DNA from: Eggerthellaceae bacterium
GTDB taxonomy: Bacteria > Bacillota > Clostridia > Christensenellales > UBA1242
Assembly (NCBI GenBank): GCA_963602685.1
Contig: CAVCJG010000002.1
Coordinates: 34,547 to 98,546 of the forward strand
Reading direction: 5' to 3'
Length of the DNA stretch: 64,000 nucleotides
Of this stretch, positions 53,359-64,000 are shown one piece after another (positions within the stretch are counted from its first letter, which is position 1; each line of letters opens with the position of its first letter). Position numbers and translations under genes: made by a program. The notes beneath the pieces are model-generated. The model did no database searches. It saw only the letters and a list, made by a program, of their open reading frames with translations, and was not told the DNA's origin.

Positions 53359-55305
53359 ATGGCTGAATACAAATCAAAAGACATCGTTGTGCTTGAAGGG
53401 CTTGATGCGGTTAGACTTCGTCCGGGCATGTATATTGGCACAACAGGTGCAAAAGGTTTCCATCACATTTTGTGGGAAATCGTTGACAATGCTATTGACG
53501 AAATCTCAAGCGGCTATGGCGACACCATCAACATTACAATCAATCCTGATGGCAGCGCAACAGTAGAAGACAACGGCCGCGGAATCCCAGTTGATAAACA
53601 TCCAACATTAAAAAAATCGGGCGTAGAAGTTGTTTACACAACCTTGCACGCCGGCGGAAAATTCAACAATTCAAACTACAAATTCTCTGGCGGGCTCCAC
53701 GGCGTAGGCGCATCGGTTACAAACGCGCTTTCTTCATGGTGCGATGTTACTGTTTATCGTGAAGGCAAAGAATACAATATGCGTTTTGTTTCAAAAGAAG
53801 GCGCAGACGGCAAGGTCCACGGCGGAATTGTAGAAAAGTCGCTTGAAGTTGTTGGCCCATCAAAAAAGACGGGAACAAAAGTAACATTCTTGCCCGACGA
53901 GCGCATTTTTGGCAAACAAAATTTCAGTTTTGAAACCATTTCGCGTCGCGCTAGAGAACTTGCATTCTTAAACAAAAATCTTAAAATCAACGTTGTCGAC
54001 AAAATTGATGGTGGACAAGCGTTTTTCCATTATGAAGGCGGAATAGCCGATTTTGCTGACTATTTAGTTGAAGGCAAAAACAAACTTTTCCCAAAACCTG
54101 TTTATATTGAAGAAGAAGACAAAGATTTTCAAATGGAACTTGCGCTCATCTACACAGACGGCTACACTGAAAACTGTTTTTCATATGTAAACAACATTCC
54201 AACCACCGAAGGTGGAACTCACGAAACTGGCGCAAAATCAGCGATCACAAAGGTTTTCAACGATTATGCCCGCGCCAACAACTTTTTAAAAGAAAAAGAA
54301 GCTAATTTCTTGGGCGAAGATTTCAGAGAAGGCGTGACAATGGTTTTGTCAGTCAAAATGAACAACGTTCAGTTTGAAGGTCAAACCAAAACAAAACTCG
54401 GAAACCCAGAAGCAAGAGTCAAAGTTGAAGCGCTTGCAATCAAAGGGCTCAGCGATTATCTTGCAAACAAAAAAGCAGCCCCAGTGGCAGACGCAATCTT
54501 AACAAAAGCAAAAGGCGCTGCAAAAACCAGAGAAGCGGCAAAGCGCGCCAAAGAACTTACTCGTGCCAAAAACTCAGCAGACAATTTCAACCTTGTGGGA
54601 AAACTCGCCGCATCATCATCACGCAATCGTGAAAAAGCGGAACTGTTTATCGTCGAAGGGGATTCTGCCGGAGGCAGTGCAAAACAGGGAAGAGACCGTT
54701 CTTTCCAAGCAATCTTGCCTTTGCGCGGCAAGCCATTAAACGCAGAAAAGAAACGTATCGACCAAGTGCTTGGCAATGAAGAAATCCGCACAATTATCTC
54801 AGCACTTGAAACAGGAATCGGCGAGGATTTTGACCTTAGTTCGCTTCGTTACAACAAAGTCATCATCCTGTCCGATGCCGACCAAGACGGTGCTCACATC
54901 AGAGCGATACTTCTTACATTCTTCTTTAGATATATGCGCGAACTTATCAATGACGGGCATGTGTTTATTGGGCTTCCACCACTTTATAAGGTTTACAAAA
55001 AGGGTTATGAAGAATATGTCTATTCCGACGCCGAACTTGCCGACGCAGTTGCACGTTGCGGCAAAGGATATATGATTCAAAGATATAAAGGTCTTGGTGA
55101 AATGAACCCTGACCAACTTTACGAAACAACAATGGATCCAGAAAAACGCTCACTCATACAAGTTACAATCGATGATGCTGCCGAAGCAGAAAAAATGGTT
55201 GTTACACTTATGGGCGATGACATCGACGCACGTAAAGAATACATTTCTCAGCACGCAAACTTTGACCGTGTCGATTCGTTTATGGATGAATACAAGGGAG
55301 GCTAA
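53359..55305 (+). CDS. Type IIA topoisomerase subunit B (GyrB/ParE)
   Basis: Motifs [33 protein letters not shown] and PLRGK. Confidence 0.9.
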   Translation: MAEYKSKDIVVLEGLDAVRLRPGMYIGTTGAKGFHHILWEIVDNAIDEISSGYGDTINITINPDGSATVEDNGRGIPVDKHPTLKKSGVEVVYTTLHAGGKFNNSNYKFSGGLHGVGASVTNALSSWCDVTVYREGKEYNMRFVSKEGADGKVHGGIVEKSLEVVGPSKKTGTKVTFLPDERIFGKQNFSFETISRRARELAFLNKNLKINVVDKIDGGQAFFHYEGGIADFADYLVEGKNKLFPKPVYIEEEDKDFQMELALIYTDGYTENCFSYVNNIPTTEGGTHETGAKSAITKVFNDYARANNFLKEKEANFLGEDFREGVTMVLSVKMNNVQFEGQTKTKLGNPEARVKVEALAIKGLSDYLANKKAAPVADAILTKAKGAAKTREAAKRAKELTRAKNSADNFNLVGKLAASSSRNREKAELFIVEGDSAGGSAKQGRDRSFQAILPLRGKPLNAEKKRIDQVLGNEEIRTIISALETGIGEDFDLSSLRYNKVIILSDADQDGAHIRAILLTFFFRYMRELINDGHVFIGLPPLYKVYKKGYEEYVYSDAELADAVARCGKGYMIQRYKGLGEMNPDQLYETTMDPEKRSLIQVTIDDAAEAEKMVVTLMGDDIDARKEYISQHANFDRVDSFMDEYKGG

Positions 55306-55307
55306 GC

Positions 55308-57686
55308 ATGGAAGAAATTATTTACAAATCGTTAGACGAGGTGCTTCATGACTCTATGATTCCATACACCGAACACGTAGTGCTCGATCGTGCTCTTCCT
55401 CGTGTAGAAGACGGCTTAAAACCCGTTCAAAGAAGAATTCTCTATTCAATGTTAGAACTTGGCTTGCAGCCAGAAAAACCATATCGTAAATCGGCAAGAA
55501 TCGTCGGTGATTGCATGGGTAAATATCATCCTCACGGCGACAGTTCTGTTTATGATGCTATGGTCAGAATGAGCCAAGATTTCGTTTTGCGCGCACCACT
55601 CGTTGACGGCCACGGAAACTTTGGATCGGTAGACGGCGACAGCGCAGCGGCAATGCGTTACACCGAAGCGCGCCTTGCTCCGCTTGCAATGGAACTTTTG
55701 CGTGATCTTGAAAAAGACACTGTAAAATGGAGCCTTAACTTCGACGACACATTAAAAGAGCCTGATATGCTTCCGGGCAGATTTCCAAATCTGCTTGTAA
55801 ACGGCGCATCGGGAATCGCGGTCGGCGTTGCCACAAACATACCGCCACACAACCTTGGCGAAGTCATCGACGGAGTTGTCGCATACATTGACAATCCAAA
55901 AATAACTCTCGACGAAATGATGAACATCATCAAAGGCCCAGATTTCCCAACAGGCGGCGAACTCATTTACGGCGAAGGCCTTAAAGACGCATACCGCACA
56001 GGCAAAGGCAAAATCACAATCCGTGCCAAAGTGGGAATAGAAGGCGCTGGCGACAAACAAAATCTTGTCATCACCGAACTTCCATATCAAGTCAACAAAG
56101 CCGCACTCCTGCAAAAAATTGTAGAACTCAAAGAAGCCAACAAAGACAAACTTTCAGTTATCAGTGAAATCCGCGACGAAAGTGATAAAAACGGCATGAG
56201 AGCGGTTATTAAACTTAAAAAAGAAGCAAATCCTAAAAAGATTTTGGAAATGCTTTTCAAGTCAACCAATATGCAAATCTCATATGCAATCAACATGGTT
56301 GCAATCGCCGGCGGAAAGCCAAGACTTATGCCACTTATGGACATAATCTCATATTACACAAACTATCAACGCGAAGTTATCATTCGCCGCACAAAGTTTG
56401 ACCTTAATGCAGCAAAAGAACGCGCGCACATCGTCGAAGGTCTGCTTAAAGCGATTGCCAACATTGATGCTGTTATAAAAATCATCAAATCAAGCCCAAC
56501 AATCGCCGAAGCAAAAACGCGATTGAAAGCAAAATTCGGTTTTTCAGAAAAACAAACTCAGGCGATATTGGATATGCGCCTTGCTCGTCTTGTAAACCTT
56601 GAAGAAGACAAGTTGAAAGCCGAACTTAAAGAACTCAACGAAACAATCGATCGCCTTACAAAAATTTTAGGCAGCAAAACTCTTCAAAACGGAGTCGTTA
56701 AAAAAGAAATTCTTGAAATAAAGAAAGCGTTTGCAACACCAAGAAAGAGCCATGTGCTTAAAAATGCGGACATAAAAGTTAAAGAAGTCGAAGCCGAAGT
56801 TGTCAGCGTTCAAAACTATATGCTTGCAATCACGGCAGGCGGAACAGTTAAAAAAGTGACTGCTAAAAACTATTCAATGTCAAACAAAGCGCTCAGCGAC
56901 AACTCAGCGCTCACAGACGTTCACTCACAAGTGCTCAGTTGCACATCTGCTGATACGATTTTAATCTTCTCAGATGCTGGCAATGTTATAAAAGTGCCTG
57001 TTGACAAACTTAAAGAATGCAAATGGCGCGACAAAGGCTTTGCAATGAACGAAATTGATAAAGCCGCATCAACAAAAGAAACAGCCATCGCAGCGCTTGT
57101 TGCAGGAAAGGGAACAGACGTGCTCTTCTTTACCAAGGCAGGGATGGTGAAACGTTCAACGCTCGCTGACACCTTGACGCAAAAATCATATTATCAGGCA
57201 GTTAAGATTGCCGAAGGCGACTCACTTATCGGAGTTGAATATCTTGACAGCAAGAAAAAAATTCTCATGCTTTCAGCAAATGGGATGAGCCTTGCATTTG
57301 ACGCAGCCGAAGTTCCAAGCCAAGGCAGAGTGTCGGGCGGCGTAAAAGGAATCAACCTTGACGACGGCGACAGCGTTGTGTTTGCTGGACAGTTTGCAGA
57401 AAACGAAGAAGTTATTGCCACATCAAGCAACGGCTATTTAAAGAAAATTCCATGCTCAGCATTTGCACTTTCATCTCGTTATCGCAAAGGATTGAAATAT
57501 TTTGCTTTAACAGGAAAAGCGGTCGTATGCTTTGCAATGCTTGCTTCATCGTCAACAACACTCGCAGTAGATTTCGGGCTTAAAATACTTCCACTTGAAA
57601 CCAAAAAGTTTAAGCAGTCTGACAGATTGTCGGAAGGCGAACTTATAATCAAGCGCAAAGCACTCGGAATATATAAATTCTGCTAA
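55308..57686 (+). CDS. Type IIA topoisomerase subunit A, ParC-like (no GyrA box seen)
   Basis: Motifs [29 protein letters not shown] and [11 protein letters not shown] found no QRRGGKG-like GyrA box in the C-terminal domain. Confidence 0.85.
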   Translation: MEEIIYKSLDEVLHDSMIPYTEHVVLDRALPRVEDGLKPVQRRILYSMLELGLQPEKPYRKSARIVGDCMGKYHPHGDSSVYDAMVRMSQDFVLRAPLVDGHGNFGSVDGDSAAAMRYTEARLAPLAMELLRDLEKDTVKWSLNFDDTLKEPDMLPGRFPNLLVNGASGIAVGVATNIPPHNLGEVIDGVVAYIDNPKITLDEMMNIIKGPDFPTGGELIYGEGLKDAYRTGKGKITIRAKVGIEGAGDKQNLVITELPYQVNKAALLQKIVELKEANKDKLSVISEIRDESDKNGMRAVIKLKKEANPKKILEMLFKSTNMQISYAINMVAIAGGKPRLMPLMDIISYYTNYQREVIIRRTKFDLNAAKERAHIVEGLLKAIANIDAVIKIIKSSPTIAEAKTRLKAKFGFSEKQTQAILDMRLARLVNLEEDKLKAELKELNETIDRLTKILGSKTLQNGVVKKEILEIKKAFATPRKSHVLKNADIKVKEVEAEVVSVQNYMLAITAGGTVKKVTAKNYSMSNKALSDNSALTDVHSQVLSCTSADTILIFSDAGNVIKVPVDKLKECKWRDKGFAMNEIDKAASTKETAIAALVAGKGTDVLFFTKAGMVKRSTLADTLTQKSYYQAVKIAEGDSLIGVEYLDSKKKILMLSANGMSLAFDAAEVPSQGRVSGGVKGINLDDGDSVVFAGQFAENEEVIATSSNGYLKKIPCSAFALSSRYRKGLKYFALTGKAVVCFAMLASSSTTLAVDFGLKILPLETKKFKQSDRLSEGELIIKRKALGIYKFC

Positions 57687-57711
57687 ACAAAAACCAAATA
57701 AAATGAAATAA

Positions 57712-57741
57712 AGACATGCAAACGGGCATGTCTTTTTTTTT
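57712..57741 (+). terminator. Intrinsic terminator
   Basis: AGACATGC-aaacgg-GCATGTCT followed by T9. Confidence 0.7.
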
Positions 57742-57879
57742 GCATAATTTTAGGCGCGGACAAATACAAATAGTTATGACCGCACTTTTCGACAACAATC
57801 GACCCAACTAGACAGTAAAGACAACTCAATTCAATTTGTCAAAAGTGGCGTTTATTCTATTATTGAAAGCGAGGTTGAC

Positions 57880-58644
57880 ATGCATTTTGCAGTTGTTAAA
57901 TCTAGAACCATTAAAATCGTAATTGCAATGATTATCGTATGCGCATTGCTTGCTGCAACGTTCAGCGGGGCACATCTGGCAGAAGTGTTTTTCGGCTATT
58001 CGACAAGGCTAGTTCCAATCTACAACGTCGAAACGGATGAGAAAAAAGTGGCCATAAGTTTTGATGCAGCATGGGGAGCAGATAAGACGGAAGGAATCTT
58101 AGATATTCTCAAAGAATATGACGTGAAAGCGACATTTTTCTTGGTAGGATTTTGGGTCGATGAATATCCCGACACTGTCAAAAAGATAGATGAAGCGGGA
58201 ATTGAAATCGGCACGCACTCCAACAAGCATCCAGACATGGTCAAACTCAGCCGTGAAAACATTGCGCAAGAATTGACCACGTCAATGTCAAAAATCGAAG
58301 CGATTACAAACAAAAAAGTGAAACTTTTCCGTCCGCCATTTGGCTCATACAACAACACTTTGATTGAAGAAAGTGAAAAGTTGGGGCTAAAAACAATCCA
58401 ATGGGATGTCGACACCTTGGATTGGAAAGGGCTTTCGGGCTCGGAGATGTGCAAAAGGGTCACAAACAAAGTTAAAAATGGCTCAATCATTTTGATGCAC
58501 AACAACTCTGACAACATTTTAGACGGGTTAAGACAAATTCTTGATCGCCTTAAAATGCAGGGCTATGAAGTCACAAGTGTAGGCAATCTCGTTTATGAAA
58601 GCGATTATTCAATCGACCGCAATGGTGTTCAACATAAAAATTAA
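57880..58644 (+). CDS. Polysaccharide deacetylase (PdaA/PdaB-like)
   Basis: NodB-domain motifs FDAAWG, ATFFLVG, IGTHS and FRPPFG. Confidence 0.85.
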   Translation: MHFAVVKSRTIKIVIAMIIVCALLAATFSGAHLAEVFFGYSTRLVPIYNVETDEKKVAISFDAAWGADKTEGILDILKEYDVKATFFLVGFWVDEYPDTVKKIDEAGIEIGTHSNKHPDMVKLSRENIAQELTTSMSKIEAITNKKVKLFRPPFGSYNNTLIEESEKLGLKTIQWDVDTLDWKGLSGSEMCKRVTNKVKNGSIILMHNNSDNILDGLRQILDRLKMQGYEVTSVGNLVYESDYSIDRNGVQHKN

Positions 58645-58656
58645 AAGGAGAAAAAT

Positions 58657-59325
58657 ATGGATTACGAAAAAACAAACTTAGTCGTAATTTCAGGCAAAAT
58701 TACAAGTGAACCTGAATTCAGTCACGAAATATTAGGTGGCGAAAAATTTTATGAATTTGATGTGGAGGTGAGAAGACTCTCTGGCGCGACCGATACAATT
58801 CCAGTTACTGTTTCCGAAAAAATCATAGCCGCTCAACCAGAAGATTTTAAACTTGGAAGACAAGTCGAAGTGAATGGCGAATATCGTTCACACAACCGCG
58901 AAGAAGAAGGGAAGAGCAAACTTTTGCTTTCAGTCTTTTGCAAACAAATCGGACCAAAAACTGGCGCGGACAAAAACATAATCAAACTTGTTGGATATGT
59001 GTGCAAGCCAACCATCTATCGCATCACTCCATTCAACCGTCAAATCAGTGACATCTTGCTCGCAGTCAATCGCCCAGTCTACAAAAAGACGGATTATATT
59101 CCTGTCATAGCATGGGGCAGAAACGCAGTGTTTGCGCAAAAGTTTGAAGTGGGCGATCGTGTCTATATCGAAGGCAGAGTTCAGTCCCGCCCATTCACAA
59201 AAGTCATTGATGGCGTGGCGTATGACAAAACGGCATACGAAGTAAGCGTTCAGGATATTTCACTTCTTGAAGAGGATGTTGACGCCCACATTTCATACGA
59301 AGAAGACATGGTGCTTGGTGACTAA
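58657..59325 (+). CDS. SSB-like protein with two tandem OB folds
   Basis: Both halves resemble the SSB OB fold (LVVISGKITSEPEF...; IKLVGYVCKPTIYR...YIPVIAWGRNA...VYIEGRVQSR). The tail is acidic but lacks a DIPF tip. Confidence 0.5.
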   Translation: MDYEKTNLVVISGKITSEPEFSHEILGGEKFYEFDVEVRRLSGATDTIPVTVSEKIIAAQPEDFKLGRQVEVNGEYRSHNREEEGKSKLLLSVFCKQIGPKTGADKNIIKLVGYVCKPTIYRITPFNRQISDILLAVNRPVYKKTDYIPVIAWGRNAVFAQKFEVGDRVYIEGRVQSRPFTKVIDGVAYDKTAYEVSVQDISLLEEDVDAHISYEEDMVLGD

Positions 59326-59519
59326 AAATTGTTAAAATAATGCAAAAATAATATACAAAAATAAACAAATAAATTATTATTTTTCGAATTTATTTTAAAT
59401 TTTTTCATTTTTCTATAATTTTATTCATAATTCGACAAAAAATTAAATAATTAAATAAAAAAAGCATTTAATCTCCTTTATTTTAGGGCAGTTTAAATGC
59501 TTTATTTTTTATTATTAAA
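59326..59519. repeat. A/T-rich low-complexity tract ending in a bidirectional hairpin
   Basis: About 90% A+T over 59326-59463. Hairpin AGCATTTAA (59463-59471) / TTAAATGCT (59493-59501) is flanked by A- and T-runs, between convergent genes. Confidence 0.75.
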
Positions 59520-61016
59520 TTAAATCAAAGGCTTTTCCATTGTTTTTGGAATTTCCAAATTCAGCAGTTTAAGCACGGTTGGAGCAATATTTGCAATGCT
59601 TGCTTTTTTATTTTTTATTTTAATTTTTTTGTTGTTTGAAACAATCACAACAGGCACTTTGTTTGTGGTGTGGCTTGTAATAGGTGTGCCCACTGAGTCA
59701 TACATAAGTTCGGCATTGCCATGGTCGGCAGTGATTATGCAAGTTCCGCCAACCATCAAGGTTGCAAGTGCAACGGCATAGGCTTGTTTGTCTACGCACT
59801 CCGCCGCTTCTTTGGCTGCATTAAAGTTTCCAGTGTGACCAAGCATATCAGTGTTTGAATAGTTGATAAGCACAAAATCATATTCGTTTTTTGCAATCGC
59901 ATCAAGCGCGCCGTTTGTGATTTCAATCGCTCTCATTCTAGGATAAGGGGTGTAGTCAGTTGTCTCAATGCTTTCAATCAGTTGGCGCTCTTCTCCGGGA
60001 TATGGTGTTTCAATCGTGCCGTTGAAAAAGAAGGTCACATGTGCATATTTGGTTGTTTCGGCAATGTGAAATTGTTTAAGTCCCGCTTTTGAAATAAGCG
60101 CAGAAAGGTTGTCTTGGATTCTTTCAGGTGGGAATATAACATTCACATTTTCAAGTTTTGCGTCATAACTTTCCATGCTGCTAAACATAAGATTTTTATA
60201 TTTTTTGGTTTTAAATTTATCAAAATTTGGATCGGTAAACGCAAACGAAATTTCGCGCGCTCTATCCGATCTAAAATTATAAAATATCACGCTGTCGCCG
60301 TCTTTAATAATCCCATCTTTGTCGATAAGGCAAGGCTCCATAAATTCATCCGTGATGCCGCGCGAGTAGTTTGTTTTGATTGCATCAAGTGCGCTGTCAA
60401 ACTTTTCGCCTTTGCCCGCGGTCATCAAATCATAGCCCTTTTTAAGTCGGTCATAGCGTTGCTCTCTGTCCATTGTGAAGATTCTTCCGCAAACAGTTGC
60501 GATCTTGGCGTTCTTTGGCATAACGTCCATCAAATCTTCAACATAATATTGTCCCGATGTCGTTCCTGTGTCGCGTCCGTCGGTGATGACATGAACAAAA
60601 ACGGGAATATCGCGGTCGCCTGCGACTTTTAAAATTGCTTCCAAGTGGCTGATGTGGCTGTGAACGCCGCCGTCAGAAAGCAGTCCCATCAAATGCAATC
60701 TTGTCCCGTTCTTTTCGGCATAATCAATCGCCTTTAAAAGGTTTGGATTACTAAAAAAACTTTCGTCCGCGATTGCACGGTCGATTTTTTCAAGGTTTTG
60801 AAGAACAACTCGTCCAGCCCCAAGTGTGAGGTGCCCAACTTCTGAGTTTCCCATTTGTCCAGCAGGCAACCCAACAGCGTTTCCGCTTGCTAAAAGTTGC
60901 GAGTGCGGATATTTCTTCTCCAATTTTTTAAGATAGGGTGTTCCGCTTGCTTTGATTGCATTGCCAAAGCGCGATTTATTTATGCCAAATCCGTCTAAAA
61001 CGATTAAAGTAACCAT
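59520..61016 (-). CDS. gpmI: 2,3-bisphosphoglycerate-independent phosphoglycerate mutase
   Basis: Motifs LIVLDGFG, GNSEVGH and ITADHGN. The start is set at the ATG after GAGGAAAA. Confidence 0.9.
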   Translation of the reverse strand: MVTLIVLDGFGINKSRFGNAIKASGTPYLKKLEKKYPHSQLLASGNAVGLPAGQMGNSEVGHLTLGAGRVVLQNLEKIDRAIADESFFSNPNLLKAIDYAEKNGTRLHLMGLLSDGGVHSHISHLEAILKVAGDRDIPVFVHVITDGRDTGTTSGQYYVEDLMDVMPKNAKIATVCGRIFTMDREQRYDRLKKGYDLMTAGKGEKFDSALDAIKTNYSRGITDEFMEPCLIDKDGIIKDGDSVIFYNFRSDRAREISFAFTDPNFDKFKTKKYKNLMFSSMESYDAKLENVNVIFPPERIQDNLSALISKAGLKQFHIAETTKYAHVTFFFNGTIETPYPGEERQLIESIETTDYTPYPRMRAIEITNGALDAIAKNEYDFVLINYSNTDMLGHTGNFNAAKEAAECVDKQAYAVALATLMVGGTCIITADHGNAELMYDSVGTPITSHTTNKVPVVIVSNNKKIKIKNKKASIANIAPTVLKLLNLEIPKTMEKPLI

Positions 61017-61066
61017 ATTTTCCTCACTTAAAAAAATATTAGCATTTTGGCATAACAAAAGTCAAA

Positions 61067-61528
61067 TTATTTTCGGTCAAAATGTTCGTCAAAAAGTCCG
61101 CCCGAGCCATCTTGCTCGCTGCTCTTTCCGCCGCGTCGCTCGTCATAGCCCCTTGATCGGTCATAGCGGTCATCATATCGATAATCATCGTAATAATCGT
61201 CTCTTGGTTTTTCGCGATATCCGCTGTCGCGACGTCGAATGCTTTCTTTTGACGCTTCAATGTCAGCCGCTTGCATTTGTCTGTATTCTTCGCGCTGCCT
61301 AGCAAGGCGTTTCTTTTTGCCGCCCCAAACATAAATTGCGCCTTTGTCCATAAACATTCTAACGACCAAATAAACGGCAGCCGCGCCCACTATAATGTAA
61401 ATAATTCTTGAAAAAACACTGCCTTGATATCCAAAAATTCCGGCCACGAAATCATATTGCAACAGGCCGATAAGCAGCCAGTTTACGCAGCCAGCGACCA
61501 CCAAAGCAAAGGCGATAAAAGTAATCAT
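61067..61528 (-). CDS. DUF378-family membrane protein with a 90-aa Arg/Asp/Tyr-rich tail
   Basis: AGCVNWLLIGLLQYDFVAGIFG matches the DUF378 core. SD CAGGAGGAAA. The tail contains PRDDYYDDYRYDDRYDRSRGYDERRGG. Confidence 0.7.
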   Translation of the reverse strand: MITFIAFALVVAGCVNWLLIGLLQYDFVAGIFGYQGSVFSRIIYIIVGAAAVYLVVRMFMDKGAIYVWGGKKKRLARQREEYRQMQAADIEASKESIRRRDSGYREKPRDDYYDDYRYDDRYDRSRGYDERRGGKSSEQDGSGGLFDEHFDRK

Positions 61529-61657
61529 AATTTCCTCCTGAAGATAGTATGGATAAAAGAAGTATAAAAATTCTTTAAAAAAGAAAATATGAAAATTATT
61601 TGACAAAACGAAAAAAATGAATATAATATTGTGTATTATGTTTCTTGGAGGTAGGAC

Positions 61658-62131
61658 ATGGCAACAGCAAAATACTTAACACCAGAAGGCAAAAAACAAC
61701 TTGAAGAAAAACTCCAATACTTAAAGACAGTTAAACGTCCAGAAGTAGTAAAAAAGATTGGATATGCACGTGAATTTGGCGATCTTTCAGAAAACTCTGA
61801 ATACGATGCAGCAAAAGAAGAACAAGCGCTTGTAGAAAGCCAAATTGCTGAAATCGAAGACACACTTTTAAATGCAATCATCATCAAAAAATCAAGCATT
61901 GACACATCAAAAGTAAGCATCGGAACAAAAGTAAAACTTTATGATGAAGAATTTGATGAAGAAGTTGAATACAAGATAATTGGTTCAAACGAAAGCGACC
62001 CTAAAAACGGATTGATTTCAAACGAATCTCCAGTTGGAGCAGCACTTTTAGGACACAAAGAAGGGGAAATTGTTACAGTAGCAACTCCAAACGGAAATTG
62101 TGTTTACAAAATTTTAGCAATCAGTGTTTAA
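61658..62131 (+). CDS. greA: Transcription elongation factor GreA
   Basis: LTPEGKKQLEEKLQYLK...GDLSENSEYDAAKEEQ is canonical. Confidence 0.9.
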   Translation: MATAKYLTPEGKKQLEEKLQYLKTVKRPEVVKKIGYAREFGDLSENSEYDAAKEEQALVESQIAEIEDTLLNAIIIKKSSIDTSKVSIGTKVKLYDEEFDEEVEYKIIGSNESDPKNGLISNESPVGAALLGHKEGEIVTVATPNGNCVYKILAISV

Positions 62132-62234
62132 AAAAGTTAAATATTCAGCCTAAAAAACCAAAAAACGCATTTAAATATGTGTTTTTTGTTGCCTAAAAAA
62201 AGATATTTTGCTATACTAAATGCAAGGCAGAAGT

Positions 62235-63161
62235 ATGACATTTAAAAACTATATGAAAATTTCATTCTCAAACTTTGACAAGACATGGAAGCTTGTTCTT
62301 TATCGCATTGTCGTTTGGGCTGTAATTTGTGCATTGATGGCTCCGTGCTTTAATCCAATCAAACAGGTTGTCACCAGCATTTGGGATTATGATTTGTTTG
62401 TTGAATTTGCTGGGGCAGGCCTGTTTTTTGGCAAAAACATAGCAGTGACATTTGCCAGCGTAGCATCTGTTTTGGTCGCAGGGCTTACAAAACTTTTTAC
62501 TGACTATTTGGCAGCAGGAATTTATCTTACAATCGTTCTGTTTGTAATCAAGCCATTTTTGATGAACCTTGGCAGATTTGTTGTCAACGAACAAATGTAT
62601 GGATATATGTCCAGCCATGCAAAACATGGATTTTGCTCAACATTCATTCGCACATTAAAAAAATCGTCACTCTATTCAGTTTTCAGAATGCTTTTCACAC
62701 TTCCTTTCAACTTCTCAGTCGCAACAATCTTCTATTTCATGCTTGGCGCTGGGGGAGATGCCTTTGCAATAGCAATGCCATTTGTTTTCTTGGCAATCGC
62801 AACAATCGTGTTAACCATAAAACAACTGCTTATCACAGGTTGGGCTCCAGCATACGTAGTCAGCGGTGAAAACATTTTCAGATCGTTCGGAATTGGGCTT
62901 ATGGCAACTCTTCGTGGCATTTCAAGCACTCTCATCTTTTCACTTGCCGTTTATTTTACAATGACCTTGCTCGCTCTTGGATTTGGAGTGTTCAGCTTGA
63001 TCATAATCGTTCCATTGTTTGCAATCATCACATCAATCTATGAAATGATGAACTATTTTTCATGCCAAGGCATGCGTTATTATGTCGATCGCGACACAGT
63101 TTTGTCTTCTAAAAAACTTGAAGAACAAGACACAATCTCAAAAGCAAAATTTTTGCTGTAA
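62235..63161 (+). CDS. Multi-pass membrane protein, hypothetical
   Basis: About 7 hydrophobic helices. The ATG at 62220 lies 2 nt after a TATACT -10 box, so ATG 62235 is preferred. Confidence 0.5.
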   Translation: MTFKNYMKISFSNFDKTWKLVLYRIVVWAVICALMAPCFNPIKQVVTSIWDYDLFVEFAGAGLFFGKNIAVTFASVASVLVAGLTKLFTDYLAAGIYLTIVLFVIKPFLMNLGRFVVNEQMYGYMSSHAKHGFCSTFIRTLKKSSLYSVFRMLFTLPFNFSVATIFYFMLGAGGDAFAIAMPFVFLAIATIVLTIKQLLITGWAPAYVVSGENIFRSFGIGLMATLRGISSTLIFSLAVYFTMTLLALGFGVFSLIIIVPLFAIITSIYEMMNYFSCQGMRYYVDRDTVLSSKKLEEQDTISKAKFLL

Positions 63162-63288
63162 TTTTCTGCGCATTTTCGGCACACAAACAAAAGAAACATC
63201 GCTCGCAAAAAGCGAGTAAAATTTTAATTGAATTTTGAAAATTCCGGCTTTTTTGCCGTTAAATTTTTATTGTTAAAAAAGGAGAAAT

Positions 63289-64000
63289 ATGAACAACAAA
63301 GTAAAAGTAACCTTCCTTGGCGGGGTGGGTGAAATCGGAAAAAATATGACCGCCATTGAATACAACGACGAAATAATCGTAATCGACGCAGGGCTCACAT
63401 TCCCAGGCGAAGACTTGCCGGGCGTTGACGTTGTTATTCCAGACATAAGCTATTTAAAAGCAAACAAAGACAAAGTTAAAGCCATCATTTTGACACACGG
63501 ACACGAAGACCACATCGGCGCGCTTCCATTTGTGTTAAACGAAATCAACGTTCCAATTTATGGTTCACGCCTTACACTTGCACTTGTCGACAACAAGATG
63601 CGTGAATATGAAAAAATCAAATACAAAGCCATTTCTGTAAAGCCTAAAAACGTGCTTAAACTTGGCTCGTTCACAATCGAATTTATCAAAGTAAGCCACT
63701 CAATCGCGGGCTCGCTTGCTCTTTGCATAACAACCCCAGTGGGCAACATCTTGCACACAGGTGACTTTAAGATTGATTTTGAACCTATCGACGGCGTTAT
63801 GACCGACCTTGCTCGCATCGGCGAACTTGGCAAACGCGGAATCAAGCTTTTGCTTTGCGAAAGCACAAACGTTACAAGAAAGGGCTATTCGATGAGCGAA
63901 CGTTCGGTTGGAAGAACGCTTAACACAATTTTTGAAAAGAACCCTGACAAACGTCTGTTTATCGCAACATTCGCATCAAACATTCACCGTTTGCAACAAA
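63289..64000 (+). CDS. rnj: Ribonuclease J, N-terminal part (3' end lies outside the window)
   Basis: SD GGAGAAAT. MNNKVKVTFLGGVGEIGKNM...LTHGHEDHIGALPF is the beta-CASP MBL motif. The frame is open to the window end. Confidence 0.85.
   Translation, partial: MNNKVKVTFLGGVGEIGKNMTAIEYNDEIIVIDAGLTFPGEDLPGVDVVIPDISYLKANKDKVKAIILTHGHEDHIGALPFVLNEINVPIYGSRLTLALVDNKMREYEKIKYKAISVKPKNVLKLGSFTIEFIKVSHSIAGSLALCITTPVGNILHTGDFKIDFEPIDGVMTDLARIGELGKRGIKLLLCESTNVTRKGYSMSERSVGRTLNTIFEKNPDKRLFIATFASNIHRLQQ

Overview
Low-GC, gene-dense chromosomal segment of a Firmicutes-like bacterium. It is probably a spore-former, given gpr next to rpsT, comEC-holA, pdaA-like deacetylase and groESL. Many proteins look shortened. 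The standard code applies, since TGA is used as a stop. I call about 60 protein genes, 5 tRNAs (Glu-CUC, Gly-GCC, Cys-GCA, Leu-UAA, Arg-CCU), several sigma-A-type promoters and intrinsic terminators. I see no rRNA, CRISPR array, transposase or integrase. Most genes are housekeeping: murC, murG, murI, tkt, PFOR, truA, alaS, asnA, folE, gpmI, greA, RNase J and a type IIA topoisomerase pair. Main stand-outs: (1) 36.4-44.3 kb holds a compact, intact, host-promoter-driven podovirus-order head/neck module (TerS-like, Cys4 miniprotein, portal, scaffold, coat, three neck/tail-hub candidates, two holins). It has no large terminase, integrase, replication, fibre or lysin genes. (2) asnA is preceded by two tandem Asn-codon-rich leader ORFs, a terminator hairpin and an SD / anti-SD / anti-anti-SD triplet. 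(3) A 196-bp tandem repeat starts inside the 3' end of tRNA-Leu and carries a GC-rich block. (4) ComEC has a degenerate metallo-beta-lactamase (MBL) domain, and an intact membrane-anchored MBL gene lies three genes downstream. (5) AlaRS is only 605 aa and ends at the editing domain. (6) Several genes show a leaderless promoter-to-ATG geometry. (7) A MazF toxin island with an unrecognised antitoxin and flanking XRE regulators sits next to tRNA-Glu. All functional calls rest on motif recognition by eye; no database search was run.
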